Under the pieces are notes generated by a model. It was not told where the DNA came from. It saw only the letters and a list, made by a program, of their open reading frames with translations, and did no database searches. Position numbers and translations under genes: made by a program. 24,799 bases of DNA. It comes from a virus. Taxonomy: Duplodnaviria > Caudoviricetes. Positions 17,398-24,799 of the stretch are shown here, piece by piece; position 1 is the first letter of the stretch, and each line of letters starts with the position of its first letter. The stretch covers positions 1-24,799 of IMG/VR virus record IMGVR_UViG_3300024262_000225. One strand, 5' to 3'.

Positions 17398-17426
17398 TTG
17401 ACAGTTTCTATATAAAAGAATATACT
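17398..17426 (+). promoter_or_regulatory. sigma70 promoter with conserved spacer
   Basis: TTGACA-gtttctatataaaagaa-TATACT. Confidence 0.8.
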
Positions 17427-17458
17427 AAGTTTGTCATTATAATTTAACCTCAAAATCT

Positions 17459-17614
17459 ATGACAACTGTACTACTAGCGATAGCCTTCGGGTTCCTGTTC
17501 GCTCTTCTGATTATGCACCAGATTAAAAAAAGCCCAGCATGGGTTGCAGACGTGGTGGTAATTGCTATGTTCGCAGCTCTTCTTGCAAAAATGTTATTTG
17601 ATTATTTTTCTTAA
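17459..17614 (+). CDS. Small two-TM membrane protein (51 aa)
   Basis: Not in ORF track; MTTVLLAIAFGFLFALLIMHQIKKSPAWVADVVVIAMFAALLAKMLFDYFS; TAACC leader. Confidence 0.7.
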   Translation: MTTVLLAIAFGFLFALLIMHQIKKSPAWVADVVVIAMFAALLAKMLFDYFS

Positions 17615-17625
17615 CCAACCAAAAT

Positions 17626-17745
17626 ATGGAAACAGAAGTGATGACTGAAGCTACCGCAACCTTCTTATACACACCAGCAACCTGGGCTGTATTCGGAGCA
17701 TTGATGGCAACAGTGGCCCTGTACTTTATTTACAAGCACTTATAA
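17626..17745 (+). CDS. Small single-TM membrane protein (39 aa)
   Basis: Not in ORF track; METEVMTEATATFLYTPATWAVFGALMATVALYFIYKHL; TAACC leader. Confidence 0.7.
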   Translation: METEVMTEATATFLYTPATWAVFGALMATVALYFIYKHL

Positions 17746-17763
17746 TTCTTAACCCAAACATTT

Positions 17764-17985
17764 ATGTTGGGAAAAAAACTTAACAATCTTATACCTTCAA
17801 TAGTGGGGTATAGCCTAGTAGTAGGTTTCGTAATAACTATTATAGTGTGTGCATTCACGGCTGGTGATCTTTTCTATGACGGATTTGAAGCCCTTGGGTA
17901 CTGGTTGGCCTGTGCGTGGATGTCAATTCTTGGGTACGGTGTTCCTTACCTAATAGTTCTAGGTCTACAAAAGTATCTGAAATAA
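17764..17985 (+). CDS. Two-TM membrane protein
   Basis: 73 aa, two hydrophobic segments. Confidence 0.75.
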   Translation: MLGKKLNNLIPSIVGYSLVVGFVITIIVCAFTAGDLFYDGFEALGYWLACAWMSILGYGVPYLIVLGLQKYLK

Positions 17986-18004
17986 AAATTAACCCTCATT
18001 CCTT

Positions 18005-18817
18005 ATGAAATATCTAAAAACACTTACAGTCCTTTTAATAGGGCTAATGCTCGGATCAATAGTTCACTTCTATGCTTTCGCTGATAAAGTGTCAGTAGAA
18101 CTACGTGAAGCAGCTTATGTGCAAGCAGATGAGCTTGTAGTTAAACACAAAGTATCGCTAGGCAACAGGTACGCAGAGCTAATGCAGGAACTAGCTGCTG
18201 TAAAAGAAAAACACAAACCTTTAATTGAAGATGAAGAAGCACTGCTTGCTCAAGCAGAGACTCTAAAATGTAATAAAGAATCCGACTTAGCAGGTGCTAA
18301 ATTATCTGCATTTGCCAATAAAGATATATCCCTAACCCCTGATGATGTTAAACGATTATCGGAAAAAGTCCTTTGGACTTGTGGTGAGGATAGCCCCAAC
18401 GCATCGCTAGAGGCGGAGGCTGAAATGCCTCCTGCCTCTGCGGTAGACACTGCTGTGTTCATCCCTGACCCTCCTAAGAAAGAGCTTTGTACAAAGAACG
18501 ATGTTGGAGAAGACCAGCAGCAGTATGTAAGAATGGCAGCTGAAATATCTAATAATGATTTAGATTTTCTGACTACCCTAAATCAGGAGAATGGCCTATG
18601 GGATCCAGGAAGGAAAGCATACGGCAACGAAGACTCTTGGGGGTTCTGCATGTTCAATAGAATCTGGCACTCTAAAACAGTGGATGACCCTAGGTTCTTT
18701 ACTGATCCTGAATGGCAGATGCAGAAGTGCTGGAATGCCTACAAGGGCGGAGTTAGGTTCTACGGATACGATGTAAGAAAAAACAGTTACAATAAATTTA
18801 CTTGCCCATCTAACTAA
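18005..18817 (+). CDS. Membrane-anchored coiled-coil protein with C-terminal lysozyme/transglycosylase-like domain
   Basis: N-terminal TM/signal; helical middle; LNQENGLWDP...SWGFCMFN resembles the catalytic Glu and GLxQ motifs. Confidence 0.6.
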   Translation: MKYLKTLTVLLIGLMLGSIVHFYAFADKVSVELREAAYVQADELVVKHKVSLGNRYAELMQELAAVKEKHKPLIEDEEALLAQAETLKCNKESDLAGAKLSAFANKDISLTPDDVKRLSEKVLWTCGEDSPNASLEAEAEMPPASAVDTAVFIPDPPKKELCTKNDVGEDQQQYVRMAAEISNNDLDFLTTLNQENGLWDPGRKAYGNEDSWGFCMFNRIWHSKTVDDPRFFTDPEWQMQKCWNAYKGGVRFYGYDVRKNSYNKFTCPSN

Positions 18818-18823
18818 ACAATC

Positions 18824-19111
18824 ATGCAAACTACAATAGACTACCACTTGGAACGAACACAGATTGAGCGTAAACTTAAGAAGACAGAAACGCTCGTGTA
18901 CAACGTCTTAAAAGAAAATCCACATCTAAGGTCAATCAAACGTAGAAACGACCTTATACGGGCTATGTGGGCTAAGCATGGTGACATACCAGCTGAGAGT
19001 ATCACTAGAGCAGCCAGGTCACTACAGGCTATGGATGTATTTGACACCGAGGACAATCAAACACACAGGGCAAACATCGAACAAGCATACCGTAACAATT
19101 TTGCACAATGA
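18824..19111 (+). CDS. Hypothetical protein (possible HTH; ESITRAARSLQ)
   Basis: 95 aa ORF. Confidence 0.7.
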   Translation: MQTTIDYHLERTQIERKLKKTETLVYNVLKENPHLRSIKRRNDLIRAMWAKHGDIPAESITRAARSLQAMDVFDTEDNQTHRANIEQAYRNNFAQ

Positions 19112-19515
19112 TCCTGTCAATAGACGTAGGAAAAAAAGGGGCCATGGTTGTGTATGACCTTAGAGAGAAGAAGTTCATAGACAAGATTGACTACTCCTTT
19201 GTAACAAAGGCAGATCTGTTCGTAAAACTAAACTACCTTGTAAAAAAACATCTCATCAAGGGAATGATTATCGGAGAGGCTTTTGGACAGAAGGTTGTTG
19301 TCAAGAGTCATTCCAAGTTCTATGGAGTGATTGAGCTTGTAGCAGAGCACTATGACATGCCAACAATCTATGTTTCAGACAGGACAGCCAGGGCCATAGT
19401 GCTGGGCAAAGGCAATGGAAATAAAAAAGAGATGGTCAAGGAATACTTTAATGAAGATAACCAGGACATAGCTGACGCTATGCTCTTTGCTAAATGGTAT
19501 GAAGAAACAACTTAA
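19108..19515 (+). CDS. RuvC-like Holliday junction resolvase
   Basis: ILSIDVG, IIGE, DIADAMLFA acidic motifs. Confidence 0.8.
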   Translation: MILSIDVGKKGAMVVYDLREKKFIDKIDYSFVTKADLFVKLNYLVKKHLIKGMIIGEAFGQKVVVKSHSKFYGVIELVAEHYDMPTIYVSDRTARAIVLGKGNGNKKEMVKEYFNEDNQDIADAMLFAKWYEETT

Positions 19516-19744
19516 AGAATTTCACAAACAGGTGTGTGAAAGAGATATGTACATTTGTAGAGTGTGTGAGAAAGACTTCGACTACCCTATGTACTTTGAT
19601 GAAAGCGGAAAAAACCAATATGTTTGTGGCCATCACATAGAAACGCAAGGGGCAAACCCTGCTATGAGAGAAGACCCTATGAACGGGGTGTGCGTATGCT
19701 CACCATGCCACCTAAAACTTCACAACGGAGAGAAAAAACTCTGA
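19499..19744 (+). CDS. Small HNH endonuclease
   Basis: ERDMYICRVC...GHHI...NGVCVCSPCHLKLH; start re-assigned to ATG at 19499. Confidence 0.8.
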   Translation: MKKQLKEFHKQVCERDMYICRVCEKDFDYPMYFDESGKNQYVCGHHIETQGANPAMREDPMNGVCVCSPCHLKLHNGEKKL

Positions 19745-19860
19745 GTCCAGTAAACCAGCTAGTCCTATCATACCAAGCACCTTCACATCTTGTGTGACCT
19801 AATACCAGGTAATCATAGGATATAGCCAGTTCACGCTCATGTCTCTAACTTGTTTTGTCT
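19731..19860 (-). ncRNA. Candidate rod-shaped small RNA (~130 nt)
   Basis: Own promoter; nested stems with G-U pairs on minus strand; 3' U6 run; no long ORF. Confidence 0.6.
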
Positions 19861-19865
19861 CCTCG

Positions 19866-19894
19866 ATTATAATACCCCCAGGAGTGTATGTAAA
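19866..19894 (-). promoter_or_regulatory. sigma70 promoter for candidate sRNA
   Basis: TTTACA-17 bp-TATAAT. Confidence 0.7.
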
Positions 19895-19899
19895 GTTTG

Positions 19900-20415
19900 C
19901 TATAAGCTGTTATTCTGAATAGTCCCTTTGTAGGTGATCAGATACGGAGAGAAATCCCAGTATCCAAAATATCCATTATCATAATTCTCAACCTTCCATA
20001 GCCAGATGTTTTTTCCTCCTGGCTGTAGTGTTCTTAGCCCAGTATGGACGTGAGGCCCTGTTGAGTAGCCCGTATCCCCACTCTTACCAATCATTTGTCC
20101 TTGAGACACCTTAGTCTTATCTTTTAACAAACAAGAGCTCATATGGCCTATTACGCACTCTAGCTTCTTGTAAGGGTTTCGTATCTTAACATGTAGTCCG
20201 TATCCGAACTTATCTTCTTTTACTATAGCCTCTCCATCCATTGGAGCGTATAATGGTGTGCCCACTGGTACTCCGAAATCTATTCCATTGTGTCCCTTCA
20301 TTCCGAAAGGTTCATACATAGGGGAGTTAGCCCCGAACCACTGTGATACTCTTGGCCGCTTCTGTATCCAGTCAGTTTGTAGTACTGCTGAATTCTGCAC
20401 TGGTGAAATAATCAT
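19900..20415 (-). CDS. M23 family peptidase (probable endolysin)
   Basis: HNGIDFG, YGLHV, GHMS, STGPHVH. Confidence 0.92.
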   Translation of the reverse strand: MIISPVQNSAVLQTDWIQKRPRVSQWFGANSPMYEPFGMKGHNGIDFGVPVGTPLYAPMDGEAIVKEDKFGYGLHVKIRNPYKKLECVIGHMSSCLLKDKTKVSQGQMIGKSGDTGYSTGPHVHTGLRTLQPGGKNIWLWKVENYDNGYFGYWDFSPYLITYKGTIQNNSL

Positions 20416-21029
20416 ACCTCAATTGTTACATCATAAATTGAATAACCTCCTATACAGATTCTATGGAATCCTTCCATTGGGATATTCTTAACTGACTTAT
20501 TTTTACCCCAGCTGTTGTGGAGCCCATACTTCTCTTTTGGATTTTTATTTTCATCTTTTGTGTTATCGAAACCCCTCATGGCAATAGCATGGTTGCTACC
20601 AGTAGGGTCGCCGAGGTCGTCAGGAACCTCAATAGTATCTCCCTTTGGAGACAGGTCTACATTTTCATACATCTTTAGTCTTGCAAGAATAGGGCCGTGG
20701 AGTTGGAGTTTCTTCATATATGTAGCAGGGGTGTTCTTGTACAGTCTCCCAAATCCTTTGATATAAACTACCTCTCCATTTAGAGTTGTATACCCCCTGT
20801 ATACCCCCGTCCACATCAGCCATGAGTACCTGCTCTTCCTGTTCCCTGGCAACTTCCTTTCCTTCTCCATCCTTTCAAACACTTCGTACATGTCGAACTC
20901 TACATCTATCCCAAACTTATTCTGTACATGTTCAGCTAGTATTGTAAAAAAGGCATGAACCGAACATGTCGGCCCTTTCTGTTTATAGACTTTAGCTGGT
21001 TCGAAATCAATTCGATCGGCTTGCAGCAT
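20412..21029 (-). CDS. Papain-like (C1) cysteine peptidase
   Basis: Q..PTCSVHA, NHAIAMRGFD, HNSWG catalytic motifs. Confidence 0.85.
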   Translation of the reverse strand: MLQADRIDFEPAKVYKQKGPTCSVHAFFTILAEHVQNKFGIDVEFDMYEVFERMEKERKLPGNRKSRYSWLMWTGVYRGYTTLNGEVVYIKGFGRLYKNTPATYMKKLQLHGPILARLKMYENVDLSPKGDTIEVPDDLGDPTGSNHAIAMRGFDNTKDENKNPKEKYGLHNSWGKNKSVKNIPMEGFHRICIGGYSIYDVTIEV

Positions 21030-21044
21030 ATAGTTGTGGTTATA

Positions 21045-21230
21045 TTACCCCTTCCCTCTGTAAAGCTTGCGTGGAGCTACCTTCTTGGCAACAGAGCTTG
21101 ATCCTCCCCATTTTGCAGGAAGCAATCCCTTTGAACCAGCTATTTTCTTCATATTTCTCATTGCGCTAGCTCTTCTTGGAACCCCTGCCATTTTACTTAC
21201 AAACTTACCGATTTGTCCTGCTTTTGCCAT
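21045..21230 (-). CDS. Small highly basic protein (61 aa)
   Basis: K/R/G/A-rich, no acidic residues; TAACT leader. Confidence 0.7.
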   Translation of the reverse strand: MAKAGQIGKFVSKMAGVPRRASAMRNMKKIAGSKGLLPAKWGGSSSVAKKVAPRKLYRGKG

Positions 21231-21316
21231 ATTTATTAGTTAAGAAGTGTGAACCGCCTATTATTATCCTCCCCAAAAAGAGAATATACAAGTTTATTTA
21301 TAATTAAGTATTGGCA

Positions 21317-21352
21317 AGCCTATGAGCAGGAAGGTACATAGTAGGCTTTTTT
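21317..21352 (+). terminator. Terminator-like hairpin in divergent intergenic region
   Basis: AAGCCTA...TAGGCTT followed by T-run. Confidence 0.4.
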
Positions 21353-21365
21353 ATATAAAAAACTA

Positions 21366-21394
21366 TTGACAAGGTTTTGGTTTTCCTATAGTAT
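21366..21394 (+). promoter_or_regulatory. sigma70 promoter of plus-strand island
   Basis: TTGACA-17 bp-TAGTAT with upstream AT tract. Confidence 0.75.
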
Positions 21395-21431
21395 ATAGAT
21401 GTTCCTTGATTAGTTCCTAACCACTACAACC

Positions 21432-21626
21432 ATGAGAACACAACCCACCGCTGGAGATCGGCTGTTTAAAATGATGGCCTTCCAGTACAAGCCGATTGAA
21501 AAGGCGATGATTGCCTTCTGGAAACGAAACGGCTTCCACAAGGAGTTTATGCCTAAGTACAGGAAAATGACTGGTGTTCAAAAGATCAGAATCTTGGACA
21601 TGCACGCTGAAAAGTGTGGACTTTAA
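21432..21626 (+). CDS. Hypothetical protein
   Basis: 64 aa; TAACC leader. Confidence 0.7.
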   Translation: MRTQPTAGDRLFKMMAFQYKPIEKAMIAFWKRNGFHKEFMPKYRKMTGVQKIRILDMHAEKCGL

Positions 21627-21646
21627 TTATTTTAACCCCATTTATT

Positions 21647-22102
21647 ATGTCAGTAATTAACTTCTCAAAACAGGAAATAGTAAACATGATGGAAGCAGTA
21701 AAGGACTGTGCAACCGACGGGATCTACGGGATAAAACACTCTATTGTTTATTCAGAAGCTTATATGAGGAAAATGAGGCACGAAGAAGACGAAAAAAAAG
21801 CAGTAGACTCATTGATCGAGTGGATGTTTGACCACTTGCACAAAGCTAATCTATTCGCCTATGTCTCACAGTATGGAGAAGCTATAGAAAAAGGAGAGCT
21901 AGACGGTGAGTACCCAGACAAGAACAAATCTTATGGCTCTACGGTTCTAGTTGGACAATTAAAATCTCTTAATTACAACCTTGCGGACAACGCAGGGAAT
22001 ATGTTTGTTGAGCCTCTCTACTACGATCTCCTCGAGACAATCATTAACGCACTAGCCTCTGTTTACTTCGAGTCTCACACTGACGAATCAGACCGTTACT
22101 AA
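21647..22102 (+). CDS. Hypothetical protein
   Basis: Start re-assigned to MSVINFS at 21647 (TAACC leader). Confidence 0.75.
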   Translation: MSVINFSKQEIVNMMEAVKDCATDGIYGIKHSIVYSEAYMRKMRHEEDEKKAVDSLIEWMFDHLHKANLFAYVSQYGEAIEKGELDGEYPDKNKSYGSTVLVGQLKSLNYNLADNAGNMFVEPLYYDLLETIINALASVYFESHTDESDRY

Positions 22103-22123
22103 TTACCAATAACCACTAAAACT

Positions 22124-22315
22124 ATGACCAATCCAAACTGCCCTAAGTGTGGCGAAATGATGTCTAAAGGCTGGATCGACGGCTTTGTTACCAAGTATTC
22201 CTGTCGGCACTGTAAAGAAGCCAAGGCAAAAGAAGAGCTAGGCAAGGAGATAAAGAAGACTCAAGCCTGGTTCAAAGAGATGGACAAGAAAATGAAAAAA
22301 GATTTTAGCCTTTAA
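22124..22315 (+). CDS. Zinc-ribbon protein
   Basis: CPKC...CRHC. Confidence 0.75.
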   Translation: MTNPNCPKCGEMMSKGWIDGFVTKYSCRHCKEAKAKEELGKEIKKTQAWFKEMDKKMKKDFSL

Positions 22316-22326
22316 CAACAATTACT

Positions 22327-22497
22327 ATGAGAAAATTCCACGATGCCATCAAGGTTAAATGCACCAAGTGTGACATGGGCCCCTATTGGACAGAGGATGA
22401 TCCTGAGAAAGTATGCTGCAAGTGTAGAGGTGATGTAGTAGAAGACATGGGAGGAACATTCGACTATGACTGGAAGAAGCAACTTGATACGGCCTAA
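22327..22497 (+). CDS. Zinc-ribbon protein (56 aa)
   Basis: Not in ORF track; MRKFHDAIKVKCTKC...VCCKCRG... Confidence 0.7.
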   Translation: MRKFHDAIKVKCTKCDMGPYWTEDDPEKVCCKCRGDVVEDMGGTFDYDWKKQLDTA

Positions 22498-22525
22498 ACT
22501 TTATTTACTTCTTAAGCTAAACACT

Positions 22526-22876
22526 ATGACCACTAACAAAAAAACAATATCGATAGATTTCGACGGCACAATCTGCAAGAAGCAGTCATACGGAAATGGA
22601 GAGATTCACGAGACTCCTACAGAGGGAGCCCCACAGGCTCTTTCAAAACTTAAAGATGACGGGTATAATATAGTTGTCTACACAGTAAGACTCAATCCAT
22701 ATCTGGAAGGTGACGTGTCTCTCAAGAAGAAAAGAATAGAAGATTGGCTCGATAAATATGGGATACCCTACGATGAAGTTACCAACAACAAACCATCAGC
22801 GATAGCCTATGTAGACGACAGAGGAATAAGGTTTGAGGGGAACTGGAATTCAATCACTAATTATTTCATTCAATAA
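22526..22876 (+). CDS. HAD-superfamily phosphatase (capless)
   Basis: SIDFDGTI, YTVR, KPSAIAYVDDR; start re-assigned to 22526. Confidence 0.88.
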   Translation: MTTNKKTISIDFDGTICKKQSYGNGEIHETPTEGAPQALSKLKDDGYNIVVYTVRLNPYLEGDVSLKKKRIEDWLDKYGIPYDEVTNNKPSAIAYVDDRGIRFEGNWNSITNYFIQ

Positions 22877-22886
22877 CACAAATACA

Positions 22887-23078
22887 ATGGAAGATGGTAT
22901 CTACTACAAAACTGACGATCACGAATCTAAAAAAGTGAAAATAGAAAAAGGAAAAGTGTATTATGAGAACGACAAAGGCGAGTTTGTTTTAACTCCACTT
23001 TCTCCAGAGTCTCAAGCTGTTATGTCAGACGATGAAGCAAGTGATCTAGTTAATCAGATCAGAGACATTCAAGTCTGA
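22887..23078 (+). CDS. Small acidic protein, candidate immunity protein
   Basis: 63 aa MEDGIYYK...MSDDEASDLVNQI; 33-bp tail-to-tail overlap with the RelA/SpoT-domain gene. Confidence 0.65.
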   Translation: MEDGIYYKTDDHESKKVKIEKGKVYYENDKGEFVLTPLSPESQAVMSDDEASDLVNQIRDIQV

Positions 23079-24797
23079 AAACATAGCACTTGTTTTGCTC
23101 CACGCTTCGTCATATTTCTTTTTCATCTCTTTCTCAAGAAGGGTCTTAACCCTTTCAGAGGTCAAAACGTCTCTCTTTTTTTCGTATAATGGGTGAAGCT
23201 TATCTTTCACCTTAGCTATTCTCTCTGGAATAAACTGTACTTCTGCCAGTGTTCCGTTTGAAGTTCTTACATTTACTAAAATATCCCTATACCCATCAGA
23301 AGTAGGATTGCCTATTCTGTTTTTTACTCTAACAACATCAAAGGCTTCTTTAATCTCTTTTATAACCTTGTTGAAATCCCGAGTCTCTTTAATTAAATAA
23401 GCTCCTCTGTTCATATCCCACACAATGTCACCAAGCTCTGTTTCTTCAAACATCTTATCAAGTGACCTTCCATCACTTTTCCTCATAAAACTAGGATCAC
23501 TAACTTCTACATTGTTTCTTGACCCTATTTCTAAAATATCATCCTTGAATTCCTCGTAAACTCCTGCAGTCTTCTTCTTAAATCTAACAAACCTAGCCTT
23601 TTGTTCCTTGCTCAAGGCGTTAAACTTAGTTTTCTGGCTTTCAATATAACTATTTGTGCCAGTTTCTTTTATCTCAATCTTGCTCAAGTCTCCCAGTTCG
23701 TCTGCATACTTTCCTGACATAGCCACCTTCCCTCCATCAGACTTCTTGATAGCCTCGATAATAGCTTCGTCTGACATAGTGTTCAACCTGAACGTTTGTC
23801 CGCTCGCAAGGTCATATATAGCCTTCTGGTTAGAAGCCCTTGCATTTCCTATAGCCGTCACAGGATCAGTGCTAACATTAGATATATCTAAGTATAAATC
23901 TCCTTTCTCCATCCATGCTCCAAGGACATTTCCTTCTTTGGACAAAACGTCTTTAAAGTCGTCGGCGTATTTATCAATGTGTGGCTTAATCTCAGTTATG
24001 CCAAGCTTTTGTATAGGAACAACCCTTTCGGTGTTCTTTACAGGAGAAAAGGCTATGCCTTCCTTAACTTTGACATTGTCTATGATTTTATTTGTAGAAC
24101 CTCCAGAAGCTACTATTCTTTTTGCCAATACTGAAGAGTCAGCTCCTACCCTAGCCTGGTTCCAGATGTCTGTTAGTTGGGATTTTGATAATGGTTTTGG
24201 TGCGTCATACTTTGTTGTATAAATATATTCAGCACCAATAAAAAATGGGTCCTCTTTGAAATAATCAGCTTCGTCTTCAAGTATCAAATCTTTTGCTTTA
24301 ACCTCTTTACTAACAACATTTTCTGCACCAGAATAAGAGGCTGCTGAGTCAAAATCTGTGGTAACAAAATCGCCATCGTTTATCTGCTTTTTTATTTTCC
24401 CAGTAACATCATCTATTCCTCTATAAATAGTTACTGTTTCTTCTGGGTCTATTCCTAATTCAGTTATTTTTACACCCCCTTCTGTACCACCAAGCCGTAA
24501 TTCAGGAGTATACTCATTATATTGAGTAGCACTACCCATATAATGGTTATAAAACTCCTCTGCACTCTTATACTTCTTAGCTTCAGCTGTTAGGCTTTTA
24601 GTTGGTGGGTTTACGCCCTTATTAAAAGCTGGTATACTGTCATCGATGTTAGAATTCTTAGTTATACTGGTCTTAGGAATCGTACTTTCATTTACTGATC
24701 GCTGATTATCGAACACACCAGACCCTTCCCTGAATTGTTGGCTTCGTGATTCTAATATGTCTCCAGCTGGTCCTGCCTGGATTGTTTCACCTGCAGG
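23046..24797 (-). CDS. C-terminal part of large multi-domain protein: ART-like domain, unknown domain, RelA/SpoT nucleotidyltransferase domain
   Basis: Frame stays open to window edge; TIYRG...INDGDFVT...EYIY; GAW...YLDIS...NQKAIYDL; RKSDGRSLDK...WDMNR...VKNR...GYRDILVNV...AEVQ...HPLYE. Confidence 0.82.
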   Translation of the reverse strand, partial: PAGETIQAGPAGDILESRSQQFREGSGVFDNQRSVNESTIPKTSITKNSNIDDSIPAFNKGVNPPTKSLTAEAKKYKSAEEFYNHYMGSATQYNEYTPELRLGGTEGGVKITELGIDPEETVTIYRGIDDVTGKIKKQINDGDFVTTDFDSAASYSGAENVVSKEVKAKDLILEDEADYFKEDPFFIGAEYIYTTKYDAPKPLSKSQLTDIWNQARVGADSSVLAKRIVASGGSTNKIIDNVKVKEGIAFSPVKNTERVVPIQKLGITEIKPHIDKYADDFKDVLSKEGNVLGAWMEKGDLYLDISNVSTDPVTAIGNARASNQKAIYDLASGQTFRLNTMSDEAIIEAIKKSDGGKVAMSGKYADELGDLSKIEIKETGTNSYIESQKTKFNALSKEQKARFVRFKKKTAGVYEEFKDDILEIGSRNNVEVSDPSFMRKSDGRSLDKMFEETELGDIVWDMNRGAYLIKETRDFNKVIKEIKEAFDVVRVKNRIGNPTSDGYRDILVNVRTSNGTLAEVQFIPERIAKVKDKLHPLYEKKRDVLTSERVKTLLEKEMKKKYDEAWSKTSAMFSDLNVSDLIN

Positions 24798-24799
24798 GA

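Noticed and set aside
17626-17745. Inovirus coat-like appearance of the 39-aa peptide
   Set aside because: Generic single-pass topology; no Zot-like ATPase or other inovirus genes
1-24799. Alternative genetic code (TGA or TAG recoding)
   Set aside because: Conserved genes are intact in code 11, and many TGA stops form ATGA overlaps with the next start
1-24799. tRNA genes, integrase, CI repressor, reverse transcriptase
   Set aside because: No cloverleaf with proper T-loop context or relevant protein motifs seen in this window

Overview
About 25 kb of a dsDNA tailed-phage (Caudoviricetes) genome, standard genetic code, truncated at both ends. Left arm (minus strand): replication initiator with an internal iteron origin, primase-helicase, small ORFs, HNH endonuclease, terminase small and large subunits, portal, scaffold, capsid decoration protein, major capsid protein. 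Middle (plus strand): HNH plus DNA methyltransferase, RHH-type regulator, Sak/Rad52-like recombinase, YqaJ exonuclease, SSB-like, NinB-like, a membrane-peptide/transglycosylase cluster, RuvC-like resolvase and HNH. Right arm: M23 and papain-like peptidases (minus), a plus-strand island ending in a HAD phosphatase and a small acidic ORF, and the 3' part of a large multi-domain protein (ART-like, unknown and RelA/SpoT domains). Canonical sigma70 promoters combined with SD-less TAAC(C) leaders suggest a Patescibacteria-like host (inference). Main unexplained signals: (1) an HNH ORF looped out of a predicted four-way-junction RNA closed by a ~25-bp long-range stem; (2) a separately promoted ~130-nt rod-like ncRNA candidate; (3) a RelA/SpoT+ART polyvalent protein facing a convergent candidate immunity gene; (4) an HNH insertion that replaced the 5' end of a methyltransferase gene. 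All structure and homology calls were made by eye; no searches were run.
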